This document shows positions 43,352-51,306 of a stretch of DNA of 64,000 nt, piece after piece. Within the stretch, counting starts at the first letter, position 1, and each line of letters opens with the position of its first letter. This DNA comes from an uncultured bacterium (GTDB taxonomy: Bacteria; Eisenbacteria; RBG-16-71-46; CAIMUX01; WJJG01). The notes beneath the pieces were generated by a model. It saw only the letters and a program-made list of their open reading frames with translations, did not search any database and was not told where the DNA came from. The stretch is from assembly GCA_964603725.1 (NCBI GenBank), contig CAZRWW010000001.1:69634-133633 (forward strand), written 5' to 3'. The position numbers and the translations under genes are program-made.

Positions 43352-44320
43352 TCAGATGGCGAGCTCCCTCAGCGCCCCCGCCAGCTCCCGGTGGGCGAAC
43401 TCGTACCCGCTCGCGAGCGCCCCTCTCGGCACCACACGCTGACTCGCCGTGAGCATCGCGCCCATCTCGCCGAAGACGACCCGCAGCGCGGCCGCGGGCA
43501 CGGGCACGAGGGCCGGCCGACGCACGGCCCGCGCGAGCGCCCGCGTGAACTCCGCGTTGGTCACCGGCTCGGGCGCGGCGGCGTTGAACGCGCCGGCCAG
43601 ATCGTCCCGCCGGAGCAGGCGCGCGATCAGACCGATCACATCCTGCCGGTGGATCCACGGCATCCACTGCCGGCCGCTCCCCAGCCGGCCGCCCAACCCG
43701 GCGCGGAAGAGCGGCACGAGGCGCCCGAGCAGACCACCGCCGGGGCCGAGGACGAGGCCCAGGCGCACGATGCACACGCGCACCCGCCCGCCTGCGCCGC
43801 CGGAGGCGCCCGGCTCGCGGGGGCTGCCGGCGGAGGCGCCCGCCTCGCCCGGGCTGCGGGCGGCGAGCGCGACCTGCTCCCAGTCGCGGCACAGCTCGGC
43901 GAGAAACCCGCTGCCGACGGGCGCGGACTCGTCCAGCTCGCGGTCCCCAGCATCGCCGTAATAGCCGGAGGCCGAGGCGCTGACCAACACCGCCGGCCTC
44001 GCGGGCGAGCGCCCCATCAAGTCGACCAGCTCGCTGGTGAAGTCCACCCGGCTCGCGCGCAGGATGCGCTTGCGCTCGGCTGTCCAGCGTCCTTCCGCGA
44101 TCGGAGCGCCCGCCAGATTGACCACCGCATCGTAGGGTGTCGCTGTACAAGCGGCCCAGGCAGCGGCGAGCCCGCCATGCACCGTGATCCCGGATCCGAG
44201 GCGCCCCGCCGCGGCGAGCGGGTCGCGCGAGACCGCGCCGACCTCATGACCGGCGTCCGCGAGGTGGCGGCACAGCGGGCGCCCGATGAACCCGGTCGCA
44301 CCGGTGATCAGGATGCGCAT
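43352..44320 (-). CDS. TIGR01777/YfcH-like NAD-dependent epimerase/dehydratase family oxidoreductase (DUF1731 C-terminus)
   Basis: MRILITGATGFIGRPLCRHLADAGHEV... The C-terminus has WMPWIHRQDVIGLI. An internal SPGEAGASAGSPREPGASGG duplication comes from a 27-bp DNA repeat. Confidence 0.88.
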   Translation of the reverse strand: MRILITGATGFIGRPLCRHLADAGHEVGAVSRDPLAAAGRLGSGITVHGGLAAAWAACTATPYDAVVNLAGAPIAEGRWTAERKRILRASRVDFTSELVDLMGRSPARPAVLVSASASGYYGDAGDRELDESAPVGSGFLAELCRDWEQVALAARSPGEAGASAGSPREPGASGGAGGRVRVCIVRLGLVLGPGGGLLGRLVPLFRAGLGGRLGSGRQWMPWIHRQDVIGLIARLLRRDDLAGAFNAAAPEPVTNAEFTRALARAVRRPALVPVPAAALRVVFGEMGAMLTASQRVVPRGALASGYEFAHRELAGALRELAI

Positions 44321-44763
44321 CCCGCGCCTCCGCTCGGGGTGATGCCGTGCTCCGCCAGCAGATCCAGCAGCAAGGCGGCCGTGCGCCCCGTGAGCTCCTC
44401 GCAGCGGGACCAGTCATCCTGTGGCCCGAAGGCGTCGAGCAAGGCCTGACAGCGCGTCGAGCCGTTGCGGGCGACGAAGCGGCTGCGCAGCTCGGTTGCG
44501 ATCTGCTTGACGCGCTCGACGTCGGCGCCGGGCTCCATCCGGCCGATGAGGAGGCCGATCGCCATGACGCCGCCCGCGAGCGCGCCGCAGAGCTCCTCGT
44601 GCGTGCCGCCCACCCCGCCGCCAAAGGCCGTCGCGACGCGGGGAATGCACGCGTGGCGCTGCCCGAAGGCGTCCTCGATGATCGACCTGAGCACCGACTC
44701 CGCGCAGTTGAACCCCGATGCGAAGTGGGCGGAAGCCCTGCCGGCAATCTGCTCGTGTTCCAT
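44308..44763 (-). CDS. C_GCAxxG_C_C family protein
   Basis: MEHEQIAGRASAHFASGFNCAESVL...GGGVGGTHEELCGALAGGVMAIG...RCQALL...SRCEEL. The track ORF extends to 44970 through the 15-bp repeat tract. Confidence 0.8.
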   Translation of the reverse strand: MEHEQIAGRASAHFASGFNCAESVLRSIIEDAFGQRHACIPRVATAFGGGVGGTHEELCGALAGGVMAIGLLIGRMEPGADVERVKQIATELRSRFVARNGSTRCQALLDAFGPQDDWSRCEELTGRTAALLLDLLAEHGITPSGGAGCAS

Positions 44764-44823
44764 CGCGTTCTTCCCTCGGATCCCCGGCCTGCTGCCGGCG
44801 GGGCGCCACCCCCCGCTGGTCAT

Positions 44824-44928
44824 CCCGTGCGCGGCAATCCCGTGCGCGGCAATCCCGTGCGCGGCAATCCCGTGCCCGGCATTCCCATGCTCGGCCATCC
44901 CGTGCGCGGCAATTCCGTGCCCGGCGGC
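44824..44928. repeat. 15-bp tandem repeat x7 (CCCGTGCGCGGCAAT) immediately upstream of, or in the 5' extension of, the C_GCAxxG_C_C gene
   Basis: Seven head-to-tail copies with a few substitutions. If translated on the minus strand they encode (HGIAA)n. Confidence 0.9.
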
Positions 44929-45131
44929 CTTGTGCCTGGACTCGAGCCCACAGGATAGGCCCCCGCGCAAGGGGCGTCATCTGCTTGCGGCGTCACGCGT
45001 GGGGTCCCCCCCGTGGCGTCACCCGCATAGCATGCCACCGCGCCCCCCTGCGGCGGGGCCCGAAAAAAACCGCAAACCCGGGTTGCGCCCCGATGCCGTC
45101 CTGGGGCACTATCCCTGGGTCATTCCGGACC

Positions 45132-45737
45132 ATGGACACACAAGGAGTAGTGTTGCTCCCGAAGAACGCAGGGCGCGGCGAAGGCCGTCGGAACAACATT
45201 CCCCCCCGTTGGATAGGGGTCTCGCTGGCCGGACTGACCACCTTCCTCCTTGCTGCCGGCTGCGCCGGCGGCAAGCCCGCGGCGCTGCCGATGATCCCGC
45301 CGACCGCCCGGCCGGCCATCCTGCCGGGCGCCACGCAGACCGGGCTGGCCCTGGCCAGCGCGTTCAGCCTGGAGAACGAGCTGCGCGGCAAGGTCAACTT
45401 CTGGCTCGGGACTCCCTACCGGCGCGGGGGCACGTCCCGCCGGGGCGTCGACTGCTCGGGGTTCGTGCAGCAGATCGTCCGCGATGTCTTCGCGATCGAC
45501 TTGCCGCGCACGTCCGGCGAACAGGCGCGCTGCGGGGCGCCGGTCGAGCCGGCGGAGCTGCGGCCGGGCGACTTGCTCGTCTTCACGATCCGCGGGGTCA
45601 GGAATCACATGGCCGTCTACTTGGGCGACAACGAGTTCGCCCACGCTTCGCCCAGCCGTGGCATCACCATCGCCTCCCTGAGCGAGTCCTACTGGCGCCG
45701 GGCGTTCCGCGCCGCCCGGCGGCTCACGTCGGGCTGA
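45132..45737 (+). CDS. NlpC/P60 (C40) family cell-wall peptidase, lipoprotein
   Basis: Lipobox FLLAAGC; VDCSGFVQQIVRDVF (catalytic Cys); NHMAVYLGDNEFAHAS (His). The track ORF starts at 44718. Confidence 0.85.
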   Translation: MDTQGVVLLPKNAGRGEGRRNNIPPRWIGVSLAGLTTFLLAAGCAGGKPAALPMIPPTARPAILPGATQTGLALASAFSLENELRGKVNFWLGTPYRRGGTSRRGVDCSGFVQQIVRDVFAIDLPRTSGEQARCGAPVEPAELRPGDLLVFTIRGVRNHMAVYLGDNEFAHASPSRGITIASLSESYWRRAFRAARRLTSG

Positions 45738-45792
45738 CCGACCGCGGGAATCCTCCGCGCGCCCGGCCGGGCTGCGCGGCCCCGGGGAACGT

Positions 45793-47358
45793 TCATCGCG
45801 GCCGCGTGCGCGCGCGAATCCAATCGCGAACGGTCCTGAGCGCCCGGGGATCGATCGTCTCCTCGATCTGCGCGTATTCCTCGGGCGCCCCCGTGGTCGC
45901 CTTCTGGAAGAGATGATTGAGCTGCGGAAACGTCGTTGCGGTCACATCCTCATTGCCCGCTTCCATGAGCGCCGTGCGGATCTCGGGCAGGTTCTGGGCC
46001 GGATCGACCTGCAGATCCAGCTCCCCTCCCAGCGCCAGGACCGGCATCGTCAGCTTCAGCAGCACCGGGCGCGGATCGAAGGCGACGAAGGAGGCATAGG
46101 GCCGGCTGGCCAGGACGCGCATCTGTTGGGCGACTTGCGCCTCGATCTCGCTGTCCGGTGGCACCTTGCCGTCGGGACTGGCCATCGCCTCGGCTCGCAG
46201 GACCCGCCGCACCTCCGCGTGCAGTTTGGCGCTGTCGGCCCCCGCGGCCACGAGCTTCATGATCTTCTTCTGGGCCTCGGTCTGGCGCTGCACCTCGCTC
46301 GGCCCCGCGCCGCCGGCCGCGCTGAGCCGCTCCACCTGCCGGACGATCACCTCGGCGCCCCGGACGCCGGGGGCCGCCAGCAGCACCACGAACGCCACGC
46401 CGGGCTGCCGGGCAGCGGCCAGGCACGCCACGGCCCCGCCCAGGCTGTGACCGAGCAGGCCGATGCGCGTCGAGTCGATCGCCGCGTGCCGCCGCAGGAA
46501 GGCGATGCAGCTCAGGGCGTCGGCGGCCAGATCGGCGAGCGTGGTCTCATCAGGGTCGCCGCCCGAGCCTCCGATCCCCCGATCGTCCACTCTCAACACG
46601 GCGATGCCCGCGCGCGTCAGGTCATCGGCGATCACGAGGAACGGCTTGTGATAGAAGATCTCCTCGTTGCGGTCCTGGGTCCCGCTCCCCGAGAGGAGCA
46701 GGACCGCGGGGAAGGGACCTTCCCCCGCCGGGATCGTCAGGGTGCCCGCCAGGTTCACCTCGCCGCTGGCGACGGAGACTTCCTCCTCGGCGTAGGGAAA
46801 GGGCGGCTTGGGCTCCTGGGGACGCTTCGGCAGCTCCAGCGCTTCGCGGCGCAGGGTGAGGGGCAGGGCGTGACCGGACTGAGAGAAGGTGCCCTCGATG
46901 CGCCCCGCCACCAGCTCGCCCTCGTAGCGGGGCTCGCCGGGCACGCCGCCCAGCGTGAATCTGAGCTTCGCGCCGTCGACCTCCACGCTCGACAGGCGCA
47001 GCCCTCTGGCGCCCTGCATCGGACTGTCGAGCGCGCCGGACCATCGGCCGTTCGCGAAATCGAGATGAACGACCAGCGGAATCTCCGCCCCGGGCACGGT
47101 CAGCTTTCCGCTCCACTCACCGACGAAATCGCTTGGCTCCTGGGCGGCGGCCGTAACCGCCGATGCAAGGAGCGCGATGACAGCCAACCCCGCGATGAAA
47201 CGTGCCCGCGCGACCGCGCGCACCGCACGCGCATTCGCCCGCTGTCCCTGCGCATTCGCCCGCTGTCCCTGCGCATCCGCGCGCTGCCCCCGCGCATTCG
47301 CCCGCTCGATCCTTCGCCGCCGGCCGCCGAGCCTGGGCCGTGATTTCGCCGTATTCAT
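45793..47358 (-). CDS. Secreted alpha/beta hydrolase (GHSLGG nucleophile elbow)
   Basis: The N-terminal signal region contains (ANARGQR)n from a 21-bp DNA repeat at about 47205..47290. LLSGSGTQDRNEE...LLGHSLGGAVA. The preferred start MNTAKSRP is at 47358. Confidence 0.8.
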   Translation of the reverse strand: MNTAKSRPRLGGRRRRIERANARGQRADAQGQRANAQGQRANARAVRAVARARFIAGLAVIALLASAVTAAAQEPSDFVGEWSGKLTVPGAEIPLVVHLDFANGRWSGALDSPMQGARGLRLSSVEVDGAKLRFTLGGVPGEPRYEGELVAGRIEGTFSQSGHALPLTLRREALELPKRPQEPKPPFPYAEEEVSVASGEVNLAGTLTIPAGEGPFPAVLLLSGSGTQDRNEEIFYHKPFLVIADDLTRAGIAVLRVDDRGIGGSGGDPDETTLADLAADALSCIAFLRRHAAIDSTRIGLLGHSLGGAVACLAAARQPGVAFVVLLAAPGVRGAEVIVRQVERLSAAGGAGPSEVQRQTEAQKKIMKLVAAGADSAKLHAEVRRVLRAEAMASPDGKVPPDSEIEAQVAQQMRVLASRPYASFVAFDPRPVLLKLTMPVLALGGELDLQVDPAQNLPEIRTALMEAGNEDVTATTFPQLNHLFQKATTGAPEEYAQIEETIDPRALRTVRDWIRARTRPR

Positions 47359-47363
47359 CGGAT

Positions 47364-48386
47364 TCACCCCCGTGCCGCCCTGGGCATTTCCTCCGCGCCG
47401 CGGCGCATCAGCTCGGGGATCGTGAGCTGGTAGGGACACCGCTCGACGCACACCCCGCACGCCACGCAGTCCTCATACGACTTCTCCATCCCTTGCAGGC
47501 GCTCGACGGCCCAGTCGCGCAGCTCGTAGCGCTCCCAGTAGCCCTGGAGCAGGAGCAGCATGGGAATCTGCAGGCCGTTCGGACAGGGCATGCAATAGCC
47601 GCAGCGCCGGCAGAAGCGATTGCCCCACAGCTCCCGATCGGCCTCGAGCTGGCGCAGCTCTTCCTTGTCGGGCGCGCGCAGATCCATCCCCACGGCGGCG
47701 TTCGCGTCGACCTGCGCCAGGCTGTCCATGCCGGGGATGACGACGTCCATCCCCGCGGCCAGCTCGAAGCGCAGCGCCGCGGGCACGTTGCGCAGGGCGC
47801 CGCCGGCGGCGGGCTTCATGGTGATCAGCCCCAGTCCGGCGGCCTTGGCGGCCGGGATCACGTCGTCGCGCCACTCGGTCTCGATCGGGTTGAAGGGGTG
47901 CTGCACCGTGTCGAAGGCGCCGGTTTCGATCGCCTTCAGCAGCGTCGCGCGGCTGTGGCCCGTGATGCCGATGAAGCGGATCTTGCCCTGTGACCGGGCG
48001 CGTCGGAGGGCCTCGTACGCGCCGCCGGGCCCCAGCACGCGCTCGAGCTGCTTCTCCGAGCCGACCGCGTGGAGCTGGTAGAGGTCTATGCAGTCCGTGC
48101 GCAGGTTGCGCAGGCTCGTCTCGAGCTCGGTCGCCATGCCCTCGGCGTCGCGCACGAGGGACTTGCTGGCGAGCCAGAACTCCCCGCGCCGGCCGCCCAG
48201 GGCGCGGCCGATCTTCTCCTCGCTATCGGTATAGCCCCGGGCGGTATCGAAGAAGTTGATCCCGCGATCGAGGGCGCGCTGGAGCACTCGCTCAGCCTCG
48301 GCGAAATCCACGCCTTGAATGGGGATGCCGCCGAAGCCGATGACCGAGACCTGCAAGCCTGTTCTGCCAAGGGTTCGTGTTTGCAT
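47364..48386 (-). CDS. Aldo/keto reductase with a C-terminal 4Fe-4S ferredoxin-like domain
   Basis: MQTRTLGRTGLQVSVIGFGGIPIQ... followed by CRRCGYCMPCP and CVACGVCVERCP. It is tightly linked to the hydrolase, 5 nt apart. Confidence 0.88.
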   Translation of the reverse strand: MQTRTLGRTGLQVSVIGFGGIPIQGVDFAEAERVLQRALDRGINFFDTARGYTDSEEKIGRALGGRRGEFWLASKSLVRDAEGMATELETSLRNLRTDCIDLYQLHAVGSEKQLERVLGPGGAYEALRRARSQGKIRFIGITGHSRATLLKAIETGAFDTVQHPFNPIETEWRDDVIPAAKAAGLGLITMKPAAGGALRNVPAALRFELAAGMDVVIPGMDSLAQVDANAAVGMDLRAPDKEELRQLEADRELWGNRFCRRCGYCMPCPNGLQIPMLLLLQGYWERYELRDWAVERLQGMEKSYEDCVACGVCVERCPYQLTIPELMRRGAEEMPRAARG

Positions 48387-48567
48387 GGGTAGGAGGATAC
48401 CCCACCGGTCTGCGGAACGCCACCGGGAGCCTCCCGCCAGGCGCCGCCTCCGCCGCGTGCTGCCGACCTCTGGATCCCGATCGGCCATGGGAGTGCTATA
48501 CTGGGAGTCGTGATTCATGTGCTTCGCAGGGGATGATGGGCTCTCGTAGTGACAGGGAGGTGATCCT

Positions 48568-49344
48568 ATGCGACGCGCTCTGACGATCATCGCAACACTC
48601 GTGGTCTTCTCCACCCTCGCCCACGGCGATCCGCATATCCTGGCCAGCGGGGCGTTGATCACGCACTCGATGAGCTATGGGCGTTACCCACCGCAATGCT
48701 ACACCTACTATCAGTACAATCCGATCTCGAGCTGCAACGAACAGAACGCCACCATGTCTTGGGGTAGGCACGCGTGGTTCGTCATCGCAGCGTTCGACGA
48801 GGAGAAGCAGTGGTGCGGCGTCGAGTTCGGGTTCAACGATTTCAACCCCGAGCCCTTCGACTTCTGGGGGGCGGACCCGTGCTTCCCGGTGGGCGGACTG
48901 GAGATTCCATCCGCAAACTGGCCGGGCCCGCTCCAGGGCACAGCCTTCGTGACGACCGGCACGCCGTGGACGGGCAACTTCGTGCCGGTCTACTGCTTCT
49001 ACGGGTATGCCTACGACTACTACGGATCCACGATCCTGCAGCTCACGCCCAATCCGGCGAGCGGTTTCGGCGGCTTCGCCAACTGCACGACGCCGCCGGA
49101 GTTGTACGAGGCCGCCCTGGGTGGGATGGGGGTCAACTGCCCGGGCGTGGAGGTGTGCTGGGGCTGGCAGGAGTTCGTCTGCTGCGTGGGCACCGAATGC
49201 GTGCTGGTGCACGGCCAGGAGGAGTGCACGGCCCTGGGCGGCATCTTCCACGCCGAGTGGGATAGCTGCGGGCCCCCGAATCCGTGCGACGTGACGCCGG
49301 CCATCCGGTCGAGCTGGGGACGCGTCAAGGCGCTGTACCGTTGA
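48568..49344 (+). CDS. Secreted Cys-rich hypothetical protein ending in the SSWGRVKALYR C-terminal tag
   Basis: Signal peptide MRRALTIIATLVVFSTLAHG. More than 14 Cys residues. Its mature domain is unrelated to the tandem paralogs but it carries the same C-terminal motif. Confidence 0.7.
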   Translation: MRRALTIIATLVVFSTLAHGDPHILASGALITHSMSYGRYPPQCYTYYQYNPISSCNEQNATMSWGRHAWFVIAAFDEEKQWCGVEFGFNDFNPEPFDFWGADPCFPVGGLEIPSANWPGPLQGTAFVTTGTPWTGNFVPVYCFYGYAYDYYGSTILQLTPNPASGFGGFANCTTPPELYEAALGGMGVNCPGVEVCWGWQEFVCCVGTECVLVHGQEECTALGGIFHAEWDSCGPPNPCDVTPAIRSSWGRVKALYR

Positions 49345-49434
49345 TCCCGCGCTCGTGGATTTGGCGAGCTCGCCCAACGGATCCGAGGTCGTCAGGCTTC
49401 CCGCGCACGCCGCGCGCCCTGAGCGCGGTGGAGG

Positions 49435-51180
49435 ATGCTGCCCGCAGTGGCAAGCACTGACCGGCGAAACACGCCATCGCTATGGCTCCTGGGCGCGCTC
49501 CTGCTGGCCGCTGCCACTGCGCGGTTGTTTGCCCTGGGCCATGAGGGCCTCTGGTGCGACGAGGCCTACACGGCCTTTACGGTGCGCCTGCCGGTGGGCG
49601 AGATGATCGCCAGGCTCCTGCGCACCGACGATGCTCCTCCGCTCTTCTATCTACTCGTGAAGCTGAGCGCCTGGATCGCCGGCGATTCGGAGGCCGCCCT
49701 GCGAGCCGTGTCGGCGTTGGCAGGCATCGCCGTGGTGGCGCTCCTGCTGTGGCGGGCCTATCGGCGCGGCACTCGGGAAGAGGCCTGGAGCGCGCTCTTC
49801 GTGGCCGTCGCCGCCTTCGGCATCTTTCACGCTCGGCAGGCGCGCTCGTACGGGCTCTTGATCCTGCTGGCCATGGCATTCGTGCTGAGCGCCAGGGATC
49901 TTCTGCTCGGACGGCGGCGCACGGGGCCCTGTCTGGCGATCTGCGGCACGCTGCTGTGGCTGACCCACCATGCGGCGGTCGCGCTCGTCCTGTCCAGCTT
50001 GCCCCTGTGGTGGCTGGGCGCGCGCGAACGACCGCGCCTGCGCGCGTGGGTGCTCTGGCACGCCGCGCCGCTCGCGCTCTGGGCCGGCTACTGGATCGTC
50101 GCGCGGGCGCAGCTCGAGATCCACGCGGCGCTCAATCCCTGGACCACGGAGTACTGGCAGGCGCACCCCCTCGCGCTCGCGCCGCTTTTCTCGCTGGGCG
50201 CGTTCATCCCCGGGGGCTTGCCTCCGACCCAGCTCAGCACGGGCTTCGCCTTGCTGGGGCGCCTCTCGCCCCACTGGAGCGTCCTGTCGATGTCGCTGGC
50301 GTCCGTGTGCGTCCTGGCCGCCGCTCGGCGCGCCCGGCGCCGGCCGGCCGGCGCGCAGCCGGCTGCAGGCCGCGCGGTCGCGCTGGAGGCCTCGTTCGCG
50401 CTGGAGGCCTCGTTCGCGCTGCTGCCGCTCCTGGCCCTGCTCGCGGCGTCGCTCATCGCCAACCCGGTCTACGTCCTCACGCGAACCGACGTCATCGCCT
50501 TCCCCGCCTTTGCGCTCCTGATGGGGCGCGGGCTGGCCGCGTTGCCCCGCCGCGCGGCGGCCGGCATCGCGCTCTTCTGGCTCGCGCTCTCCCTGGTCGC
50601 GCTGGCGCCCACCTATGGCCTGGGCGACCCGGCCCTGGCGAAGGGCAACGACCGCCGCGTGGCGCGCGCGCTGGCCGCTGGCGACCTGGCCCGCGACGAT
50701 TGGGTCGTTCACACGTACATGACCGCCCCGTCCATCGAGTACTACCTGGGTCGCATGGGCGCCGATCACCACCCGGCCTGGTTCCCCCGGATAGCCGGCC
50801 GCAACATCGCATCGGCCTGGCCCGCGCTCCCCGATTCGCTCGAAGCCTATCTCGGTGAGGCGCTGGAGCTGCGCCGCGCGATGGAGCTCGCCCTGCCCGA
50901 GGACGGCGCTGTCTGGATCTTCAGCCCGGTCGAGACGCGCACTGCCGAGGCCATCCAGCGGGGGGACGGGCCGCAGGCGCTGACGGTCGAGCAGCTCGGC
51001 TACCCGGTCACCGCGCTCGTCTACACCCTCGTGGGCACGCGGCCCCTCGAGCCGGTGGCCATCTACACCCAGGATTGGGTATCGGGACTGCAAGCCCTGC
51101 TGCGGATCCCGCGCGGGAGCTGGCTGCCGCTCGAGGAGCTGCCGCGAATCGAGGGCGGCGCCCCAGACGCCTCGCAGTAG
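49435..51180 (+). CDS. GT-C fold glycosyltransferase of the ArnT/PMT (GT39/GT83-like) family
   Basis: About 12 TM helices. The first-loop motif is GLWCDEAYTAFTV. A large C-terminal soluble domain follows. Confidence 0.7.
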   Translation: MLPAVASTDRRNTPSLWLLGALLLAAATARLFALGHEGLWCDEAYTAFTVRLPVGEMIARLLRTDDAPPLFYLLVKLSAWIAGDSEAALRAVSALAGIAVVALLLWRAYRRGTREEAWSALFVAVAAFGIFHARQARSYGLLILLAMAFVLSARDLLLGRRRTGPCLAICGTLLWLTHHAAVALVLSSLPLWWLGARERPRLRAWVLWHAAPLALWAGYWIVARAQLEIHAALNPWTTEYWQAHPLALAPLFSLGAFIPGGLPPTQLSTGFALLGRLSPHWSVLSMSLASVCVLAAARRARRRPAGAQPAAGRAVALEASFALEASFALLPLLALLAASLIANPVYVLTRTDVIAFPAFALLMGRGLAALPRRAAAGIALFWLALSLVALAPTYGLGDPALAKGNDRRVARALAAGDLARDDWVVHTYMTAPSIEYYLGRMGADHHPAWFPRIAGRNIASAWPALPDSLEAYLGEALELRRAMELALPEDGAVWIFSPVETRTAEAIQRGDGPQALTVEQLGYPVTALVYTLVGTRPLEPVAIYTQDWVSGLQALLRIPRGSWLPLEELPRIEGGAPDASQ

Positions 51181-51306
51181 TGGCCCAACGCCCTTCTGGC
51201 GATTGCCACCGGGCTCCGCGCCCCGGAACAATGCCCCGTGCCGCCGACCGTAGTTGACGCTATATTTCACGAGGTCGAATTCACCCCCCTGAGACAGGCG
51301 CCATCC

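Noticed and set aside
44824-44928. Possible CRISPR array (regular 15-bp repeats)
   Set aside because: The repeats are head-to-tail with no spacers. The 15-nt unit is far shorter than CRISPR repeats. No cas genes are present.
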